Assembly: GCA_012295275.1 (NCBI GenBank)
Contig: CM022675.1
Location: forward strand, 930,001 to 994,000
Direction of reading: 5' to 3'
DNA from: Chrysomallon squamiferum
Taxonomy: Eukaryota > Animalia > Mollusca
DNA: 64,000 nucleotides
The notes under the pieces are model-generated. The model was not told the origin of the DNA. It saw nothing but the letters and a program-made list of their open reading frames with translations, and searched no databases. This document shows positions 54,301 through 62,835 of the stretch, piece by piece. Positions within the stretch are counted from its first letter, which is position 1; each line of letters begins with the position of its first letter. The translations under genes were made by a program, and so were the position numbers.

Positions 54301-56918
54301 GTAAAACTAAAACTGTTCTAATAAATTAGATTAAAACAGAATTGTCTGTCTGTCTGTCTGTCTGTCTGTTTCTTTCTTATTCTGTGATTAGAAACAATTT
54401 TGTAATATTTTATTAACTGCATGAGAATTATTATAGGATAAATATATACTGAAATATATATCAATTTTGAAAAATAAAAAAAATAAATAAAAGAATAAAA
54501 CATAATTAAAATTATTAAATTATTAGCAGATTACTTTTGACAATTTATTCTAACAGCTTTCAACAACATTAAGAATCATTGTCATTAAAATTATGTTAAT
54601 TTTATATTATACATACATACATACATACATATACTTATTATTGTTTATTAAACATGTTTTGAAGATTTTTATAGAAAATTGCATATGTATGTAGTTTCTG
54701 TGTGTGTGTGTGTGTGTGTTTTCTGTCTGTCTGTCTCTATATATGTATGTATACATGTATTTATTATTTACCCTGCAAACCATATTAACTTGAAACAAAA
54801 CAAGAGAATATATAAAACTTTGATTTTTTGTTCAGGTTACAAGCCATGGATTCAAAGTGAAGTGACTGATTTGTTTGATGGGGCAGCCATTCATTACTTA
54901 CTTACACTGATGCCACCAGGAATATACCAAAGGTTTGATTATTTATCTGTTATTATAAAACTTATAATTAGAGTAATAAATAAATGAAAATTATGAATAA
55001 TAAATATTATGTAAAGAAATAACATTTTTGTAATGAGAAAAATAAAAAAATATTAAAAAAAATAAAAATTATGAGTTATAAATATTATATAATTTTTTTT
55101 TTTTTTATAACGAGAGAAAAAAAAATTGTGAGTTATAAATATTTAATAAATAAATTTTATTTTTATAATGAGAAAAATAAATAGATAAAATTTATGAGTT
55201 ATAAATATTATATAATGGATTATATTTTTATAACTAAAAGTAAATATAATAACAGATTATAAGTCATAAATATGCTAATAAAATATTTATAATAAGTAGT
55301 AACTACTGCAATACATTTTTTTAAAGAGTAATAAATATTATAATATATTTTTATACAGAGAAATAAATATTGGGTGTAAAAAGATGGTAATTTTTTTGAG
55401 TGTGCAGTCATGAATATTAGAAAACTCCAAGAAAAGCCTTCATATTGCTAAACTTTTGTAAATAAATACTGTAATTATTTTTAAAATGTTTTTTATTCAG
55501 TCTTACAGAAAATAGATCTGTTACCATCAGACAAAACGAAATCTGTAAATTAATTTGGTTGAAAGTATCTGAAAGATATTTGTGCTAAGAAATAAATTTT
55601 AATTCTTTTAGATGTAAACATTTGTGCTCAGAAATGAACTGTTTTAATATTTAGTTTCTGAATGAAACATATAATTTTTATATTTTATTTTTAAAGCACG
55701 TTCTTTTAATATTTAATTTTTAAAAGGATATTTTGTTTTTAATTTTTATTTTTAATGCATGCCATGTTTTAATATTTCAGTTTTTAAAGGACATAACATA
55801 TTAATATTTATTTTTTAAAGGACATATTATTTTAATATTTCAGTTTAGATATAGGATATATAGTATTAATATTTAGATTTTAAAGGGAATACTATTTTAA
55901 TATTTAGATTTTAAAAGACATAAAGTATTAATATTTAGTTTTTAAAGCATGTTTCATTTTTGGATATTTAGTTTTTAAAGCAAATAATTATTGTTTAAAG
56001 TTTTAGTTTTAGAATGACATATAGTATTAATATTTAGTTTTTGAAGGACATATAGTATTAATATTTAGTTTTTGAATGGCATATAATATTAATATTTAGT
56101 TTTAGAATGACATATAGTATTAATATTTAGTTTTAGAATGACATATTGATAATTTTAATGTTTTATTATTAAGGACTGGTAAGTGTAGGTATGTTCCCAT
56201 ACAAGGAGGAAAAGCTCATCGACTGTGTAACACTTACTGGAGTTCAAAGGTTTGTACAGCATTAAATTATCTTCTGTTGTTTTCTTCAATAATTTTCACT
56301 TTACTTAAGAAAAGCTGCATTTTCTTTTTTTATATTTCCATAATATTTATCTTTACACCTACAAGCATGTTGACCTATACATTAAAAAGTATACTAATCA
56401 TATTATTTTATATATACCTAGGCACAAACCCAAAGCTTTTATTTTAGGGTATCTCAAAGATTAAGAAATTCTATTTTGTTTTAATCATGCACACAGACAC
56501 ACTCACACACACCCATACATACACAATAAATGAGTAATTTTGTTTTAGGATGTTTTGAAAGGATTAGTAGTTTGTCACAGTTTTAATCACACACACACAC
56601 ACAAACAAACAAACAGACACACACAGACAGTTACAGATTACAGACAAACACATAAATGATTGTTTTTGTTGTAGGATGTTTTGATGAGTAGTATGAAGGC
56701 GACAGAGGAAATTCTACTTGGTCTGTCATCACAGATTGCAGAGAGAGAGGATCTCATTATGGTGGAAGATGTCAGAAGTAAGTAAAAAAACTGTCTGTCT
56801 GTCTGTTTGTAGTTAAATCCTCCTACTTCATATGTCTGCCTATCTGTTAACATATATATATAAAGGTAATTAATTATAATACATAAGTAAATTATATGGA
56901 CCTCACTATTACAATTCA

Positions 56919-56952
<34 letters not shown>

Positions 56953-59015
56953 CATGCCATATGTTTTATACACACTGATGGCTGACTGAAAATATCTGTT
57001 TACATTATTAAGTTCTGTCAGTCTATCCATATATACTGCCTGACATCTGTAAGTCTGTGTGTCTGTGGAGTTTTTATATATATATATATATATGTTATTT
57101 ATACTTTGACTTCATAGGTAAATTTTATGGACTTCTCCCTTACTGAGTACCTGAATTATTTGTCTGTGTATCTGTCTCTGTCTGTGTGTATGTATATAAG
57201 TATAGTTTACAGGTAAATTCTGTGGACCTCTGTACTACAGTATAGTACATGTAGTCTGTGTGTATGTATGTAGCTATACTTTACAGGTAAGTTCTATGGA
57301 CTGCTGTACTACTCGAGACATGATGCGACTGTGAGTCTGTGTGTATGTATTTAGCTATATTTTACAGGTAATTTCTATGGACCTCTGTACTACTGTTTAG
57401 TACATGTAGTCTGCGAGTCTGTGTGTATGTATGTAATTATACTTTACAGGTAAATTCTATGGACCTCTGCACTTCTGTATAGTACATGTAGTCTGTGAGT
57501 CTGTGTGTATGTATGTAGCTATATTTTACAGGTAAGTTCTATGTATCTCTGTACTACTTTACGGTACATGTAGTCATGAGTCTATATGTATGTAGCTATA
57601 CTTTACAGGTAAGTTTTATGGACCTCTGTACTACTCACGAGACATGATGAGACTGTGAGTCTGTGTGTATGTATGTAGCTATATTTTACAGGTAACATTC
57701 TATGTACCTCTGTACTACTGTACGGTACATGTAGTCTGTGAATCTGTGTGTATGTATGTAATTACACTTTACAGGTAAGTTCTACGGACCTCTGTAATAC
57801 TGTATAGTACATGTAGTCTGTGAGTCTGTGTGTATGTATGTAGCTATACTTTACAGGTAAATTCTATGTACCACTGTACTACTGTGTAGTACATGTAGTC
57901 TGTGAGTCTGTGTGTATGTATGTAGGAATACTTTACAGGTGAATTCTATGTACCACTGTACTACTGTGTAGTACATGTACTCTGTGAGTCTGTGTGTATG
58001 TATGTAGCTATATTTTACAGGTAAATTCTATATAACTCTGTACTACTGTATAGTACATGTAGTCTGTGAGTCTGTGTATGTATGTAGTTATACTTTACAG
58101 GTAAATTCTATGTACCTCTGTACTAGTGTACTACTGTATAGTACATGTAGTCTATAAGTCTGTGTGTATGTATGTAATTATACTTTACAGGTAAATTCTA
58201 TGTACCTCTGTACTACTGTGTAGTACATGTAGTCTGTGAGTCTGTGTGTATGAATGTAGCTATATTTTACAGGTAAGTTCTATGGACCTCTGTACTACTT
58301 GAGACATGTAGTCTGTGAGTCTGTGTGTATGAATGTAGCTATATTTTACAGGTAAGTTCTATGGACCTCTGTACTACTCAAGACATGATGCGTCTGTGAG
58401 TCTGTGTGTCTATATGTATGTAATTATACTTTAAGGTAAGTTCTATGGACCGCTGTACTACTCGAGACATGATGCGACTGTGTTGACAATAATGCAAGGA
58501 CGAGACTACGGACTGCCAGACTACAACACTGCCAGACACGAGATGGGGCTGAAACAAGTCACATCATGGGAGGAGATAAACCCTTGGCTCAATCAGACAC
58601 ACCCCGAGGTAAACACACACCTTAAAATATCTGTTTTACATCATATTTGTCAGTTATTATTATTATTTTTTTTTTATTGTTATAATTATTATTATTATTT
58701 TTATTGTTATTAGTAGGTCATTATGGTTGTTGTTGTTATTATTATTATTATTATTATTATAATTATTATTTTTATTTTATTCTTGTTGTTGTTATTATTA
58801 TTATTATTATTATTTCAATTAACTCACATAATTAAGTTACTTAATCTGTTTTTATTATTTACATATTATTATTACTGTTATTATTATTATTATAATATTT
58901 ATTGCTATTATGTGAACATAGTTTTATTATTGTTATTATTGTTACTGTAATTGAACTTGCTGCTGTTATTGTTACCATTATAATTATTATTATTATTTTT
59001 ATTATTGTTATTATT

Positions 59016-59050
<35 letters not shown>

Positions 59051-59669
59051 TAATAATAATTATAATAATTATTATTATTATTTTGTTACTGTTATTTTTA
59101 CAATTATTATTATTATTATTATTGTTATTATATTCGTTGTTGTTGTTATTATTGTTACTACTATTATACATTGTTGTTGTGTATGTTGTTGTTGTTGTTA
59201 CACTATTATTACTGTTGACACAGGTGATAGAGAAGTTGAGAGAGTTACATCATGGAGAACTGGACAGTGTTGACATTTTTGAAGGAGGAATGTTAGAGAC
59301 GTCTCCCTCAGGTCCTGGGGAACTCTTCACAAACATCATCATGGATCAGATGATCAGAATCAGAGACGGAGACAGGTTCTGGTTTGAAAACATGGAGACT
59401 GGGTCAGTGTGTCATCTTCTTAGGCTTGTGATTAAAATATTCTTAATTTGAATGGCATTCTCTTGTCTTTGTTTATCTTTCTGCATCTGTAATTTTTTTT
59501 TTTGTTTATTTCTGGCTCTTTCTGTCTCTGTCTGTCCCTTTCTTTCTCTTCCCATTGCCTGACTCTGTCTTTGTCTGTCTTTGTGTCTTTCTATCTCCTT
59601 CTTTCTCTCCAGATTTGTTTTTCTCTCTGTTTCTCTTTGTTTCTGTCTGTCTCTCTCTGCTTCTCTGAA

Positions 59670-59744
<75 letters not shown>

Positions 59745-62379
59745 TAAATCATTTTAATATAATGTTGTGTGATTAACATTATTATTATTGTTAGTTTACT
59801 TACACTTAGGTTATGTAACCACTGTATTGTAAGTTTTATTATAATCTGTTCTGTGTGTTGTAGAATTTTCACCACGTCTGAAGTAGAAGAGATCAGACAG
59901 ATCAGTCTGAGTCAGATCATCGTCAACACGACCGAGGTGGACGATGGCACGATACAGGACGATGTTTTCACACACAACGCTGGTGACCCCTGTCCTCAGG
60001 AGATGCAGCTGAGAGAGAATGTAATGTCACCATGTCCTGAACACAGAGGCTACGACTTTTTTGCTGGAAGCGAGATTCCTTACATCATCATCTGGACCTG
60101 CCTGGGTCTTATTCCTATAGGTGTGTGAAACTAGCATGTCTGCTTAAATCATTCTGTTTAAGACAATCTGTTATCAAAATATTAATAGAAAAACTGAAAA
60201 TAGTATGGTATTATAGGTATATCTGTTAAATTCATTCTGTTTTAGACAATCTGTTATAAAAATATTAATAGAAAAACTGAAAATAGTATGGTATTATAGG
60301 TGTGTCTGTTAAATTCATTCTGTTTTAGATGATCTGTTATAAAAATATTAATAGAAAAACTGAAAATAGTATGTTATTATAGGTATGTGAAGCTAGCATG
60401 TCTGTTACAGTAATTCTGTTTTATATGATCTGTTATTAAAATATTAAGGTAAAATCTGAAAAAGTATGTTATTATAGGTATGTAAAAGAGTATGTCTGTT
60501 AAAGTCAGTATGTTTTGGATGATCAGTTATAAAATATTAAGATAAAAACTGAAAGAGTTATGTTATTAAAAATATTTAAAAACAAATGTAATTTTTCAAA
60601 TGATAACTAACTGAAAAAGTATATTATCATTTGTCATATTAAAATATTAAACACATATAAAATTAATGAATGCTAAAAAGCAGGAAAGTAATAACAGTTT
60701 TGTATAGGATTGATAATTTAGATTTTTGTTTGTCTATGAAATATTAACATTGAAATAGCATAAATATGCTTTAATAAATTTAAAGGGACAAAAGATGTTT
60801 GATTAATGTTTCAGTAATTTATGAAGGCAAAATCTCATATTTTAAGACAGAAAAATCACACAAAAACAATAAAAAACAAAAAACTTGTTCATAGGAATAT
60901 TTAAAGATAAATCAACATATAGATTATCAATGTGCAAAGGATGGCAAATTATGTTCTTTAATTTTTTAATTTTAGGTGTTTAAAATTTTGAAAGAAATGT
61001 TGTAATTACTTTTTTATTTTATTTTATAACTTTAGCTGTTTAAAACTACTGAAAGAAATGGAGATATTATTATGTTATTTTATAACTTTAGGTGTTTAAA
61101 AGTACTGAAAGAAATGGAGATATTATTTAGTTATTTTATAACTTTAGGTGTTTAAAACTACTGAAAGAAATGGAATTATTTTATGTTATTTTATATAATT
61201 TTAGGTGTTTATAACTAGAAAGAAATGGAGATATTATTTTGTTATTTTTAACTTTAGCTGAAAAACTACTGAAAGAAATGGAGATATTATTATGTTATTT
61301 TATAACTTTAGGCATTTTTTTTAGTTTTGAAATGGAGATGTTATTTTGTTATTTTATAATTTTAGCTGTTTAAAACTAGTGTAAGAAATGGAAATATTAT
61401 TATGTTATTTTATAACTTTAGCTGTTTAAAACTACTGAAAGAAATGGAGATATTATTATGTTATTTTATAACTTTAGCTGTTTAAAAATACTGTAAGAAA
61501 TGGAGATGTTATTTTGTTATTTTATAACTTTAGGTGTTTAAAACTACTGAAAGAAATGGAGATATTATTATGTTATTTTATAACTTTAGGTGTTTAAAAC
61601 TAGTGTAAGAAATGGAGATATTATTTTGTTATTTTATAACTTTAGCTGTTTAAAACTAGTGTAAGAAATGGAGATATTATTTTGTTATTTTATAACTTTA
61701 GCTGTTTAAAACTACTGAAAGAAATGGAGATATTATTATGTTATTTTATAACTTTAGGTGTTTATAACTAGTGTAAGAAATGGAGATGTTATTTTGTTAT
61801 TTTATAACTTTAGCTGTTTAAAACTAGTGTAAGAAATGGAGATATTATTATGTTATTTTATAACTTTAGCTGTTTAAAACTACTGTAAGAAATGGAGATA
61901 TTATTATGTTATTTTATAACTTTAGGTGTTTAAAACTAGTGTAAGAAATGGAGATATTATTATGTTATTTTATAACTTTAGCTGTTTAAAACTAGTGTAA
62001 GAAATGGAAATATTATTTAGTTATTTTATAACTTTAGGTGTTTAAAACTACTGTATGAAATGGAGATATTATTTAGTTATTTTATAACTTTAGGTGTTTA
62101 AAACTACTGTAAGAAATGGAAATATTATTTAGTTATTTTATAACTTTAGGTGTTTAAAACTACTGTATGAAATGGAAATATTATTTAGTTATTTTATAAC
62201 TTTAGCTGTTTAAAACTAGTGTAAGAAATGGAGATGTTATTTTGTTTCAGCATGTGTGCTAGCTGCGTACATCTTGGCTAAGTGTAAACAATGGAGACAT
62301 CGAATGAGAGTGAAAGAAGCAACGGAGGAGAAAGAGAGAAAACGAATTTTACGTCGAACTCTTTCATCCAGCATTTCAG
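47670..62379 (+). CDS. DUOX: Dual oxidase (DUOX), 5' partial: signal peptide, peroxidase-like domain and TM1; 14 exons, 1963 nt, ~654 aa; continues beyond the window
   Basis: Exons join in frame and give DUOX motifs VQRFDGWFNNL, RPNARLISN, NRTALFVFFGQ, TGQSPNNPR, IDGSFVYG, LFFRYHN, RLCNTYW, LLGLSSQIAERED, QGRDYGLPDYN, IRDGDRFWFEN and GDPCPQ, then a TM helix. It lies head-to-head with DUOXA. Confidence 0.95.
49319..49402 (+). CDS. DUOX: DUOX exon 2 (VTSAADTGTVQRFDGWFNNLRNPHLGSA)
   Basis: tttcag acceptor and GTAAAA donor; conserved QRFDGWxNNL. Confidence 0.93.
51024..51185 (+). CDS. DUOX: DUOX exon 3 (GRPLARNV...NRTALFVFF)
   Basis: ttaacag acceptor and GTAAAG donor; 162 nt, phase 1-1. Confidence 0.93.
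51638..51825 (+). CDS. DUOX: DUOX exon 4 (GQLVQRELTD...TGQSPNNPRRQ)
   Basis: ttttcag acceptor and GTGAGT donor. Confidence 0.93.
51826..52860 (+). repeat. ~105-117 bp degenerate tandem array starting at the DUOX exon 4 donor (~10 units)
   Basis: Units of gtgagtaatttcagaaag...gaatgtag begin at about 51826, 51930, 52039, 52143, 52260, 52369, 52469, 52582, 52695 and 52812. Confidence 0.9.
53118..53322 (+). CDS. DUOX: DUOX exon 5 (INRVSSYIDGSFVYG...EKLW)
   Basis: ttctag acceptor and GTAAGT donor; IDGSxxYG peroxidase-family motif. Confidence 0.93.
53727..53893 (+). CDS. DUOX: DUOX exon 6 (RLGDIHSYENPGILSLAILFFRYHN...WVIASLQ)
   Basis: ttttag acceptor and GTGGGT donor; FRYHN and HPDWSDDEVF motifs. 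Confidence 0.93.
54221..54281 (+). CDS. DUOX: DUOX exon 7 (KIIMYDWLPKLLNKTVPAYT)
   Basis: ttaacag acceptor and GTAAGT donor. Confidence 0.92.
54836..54932 (+). CDS. DUOX: DUOX exon 8 (GYKPWIQSEVTDLFDGAAIHYLLTLMPPGIYQ)
   Basis: gttcag acceptor and GTTTGA donor; phase 2 out. Confidence 0.9.
55640..56176 (+). repeat. ~31-33 bp degenerate tandem array abutting the DUOX exon 9 acceptor
   Basis: Repeated taatatttagttttt(a/g)aa(g/t)gacatatagtat. Confidence 0.88.
56174..56249 (+). CDS. DUOX: DUOX exon 9 (RTGKCRYVPIQGGKAHRLCNTYWSSK)
   Basis: AAG acceptor (an in-frame alternative TAG lies at 56188); donor GTTTGT; RLCNxYW motif. Confidence 0.85.
56675..56777 (+). CDS. DUOX: DUOX exon 10 (DVLMSSMKATEEILLGLSSQIAEREDLIMVEDVR)
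   Basis: gttgtag acceptor and GTAAGT donor. Confidence 0.93.
57100..58480 (+). repeat. ~82 bp tandem array of the DUOX exon 11 acceptor plus exon start (15 copies, degenerate copies, and the true exon)
   Basis: TTTACAG|GT with the acceptor G at 57212, 57286, 57367, 57449, 57531, 57608, 57691, 57774, 57856, 57938, 58020, 58100, 58190, 58272 and 58351. Confidence 0.97.
58436..58608 (+). CDS. DUOX: DUOX exon 11 (SKFYGPLYYSRHDATVLTIMQGRDYGLPDYN...HPE)
   Basis: Acceptor tactttAAG; the exon itself begins with GTAAGT; donor GTAAAC; phase 1 in, 0 out. Confidence 0.9.
59224..59402 (+). CDS. DUOX: DUOX exon 12 (VIEKLRELHHG...RIRDGDRFWFENMET)
   Basis: acacag acceptor and GTCAGT donor. Confidence 0.93.
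59864..60120 (+). CDS. DUOX: DUOX exon 13 (GIFTTSEVEEIR...GDPCPQ...IIWTCLGLIPI)
   Basis: gttgtag acceptor and GTGTGT donor; start of TM1. Confidence 0.92.
60114..60570 (+). repeat. 83-96 bp tandem array starting at the DUOX exon 13 donor (5 units)
   Basis: TATAG|GT at 60120 (the true donor), 60216, 60299, 60382 and 60477. Confidence 0.92.
60940..62250 (+). repeat. 56 bp tandem array (~23 units) ending at the DUOX exon 14 acceptor
   Basis: Unit gttattttataactttag(g/c)tgtttaaaacta(c/g)tg(a/t)aagaaatggagatattatt.., with an exact 56 bp period from 61365 to 62205. Confidence 0.97.
62251..62379 (+). CDS. DUOX: DUOX exon 14 (ACVLAAYILAKCKQWRHRMRVKEATEEKERKRILRRTLSSSIS)
   Basis: tttcag acceptor and GTATTT donor; completes TM1, followed by a basic cytosolic stretch. 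Confidence 0.88.
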
Positions 62380-62411
62380 GTATTTCTACTTCAGAAATTC
62401 ATTTACTAACT

Positions 62412-62835
62412 ACACATTAAAATAAACTGTTGTTTGTTTATATAGACTTCTCCAGTTACTAAACATTTAAATAAACTGTTGTTTGTTTATATAGACTTCT
62501 CCAGTTACTAAACATTTAAATAAACTGTTGTTTGTTTATATAGACTTCTCCAGTTACTAAACATTTAAATAAACTGTTGTTTGTTTATATAGACTTCTTC
62601 AGTTACTAAACATTTAAATAAACTGTTGTTTGTTTATATAGACTTCTTTAGTTATTAAACATTTAAATAAACATTTGTTTGTTTATATAGACTTCTTCAG
62701 TTACTAAACATTTAAATGAATTGGTTTATTTATATAGACTTCTTCAGTTACTAAACATTTAAATAAACATTTGTTTGTTTATATAGACTTCTTCAGTTAC
62801 TAAACATTTAAATAAACTGTTGTTTGTTTATATAG
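62412..62835 (+). repeat. 49 bp tandem array (9 units) just after the DUOX exon 14 donor
   Basis: Unit aaataaactgttgtttgtttatatagacttct(c/t)cagttactaaacattt; the TATAG ends at 62445, 62494, 62543, 62592, 62641, 62690, 62737, 62786 and 62835. Confidence 0.95.

Noticed and set aside
57100-58480. Regular array resembling a CRISPR locus
   Set aside because: Whole units are homologous with no unique spacers, they derive from a host exon junction, and the context is eukaryotic with no cas genes.
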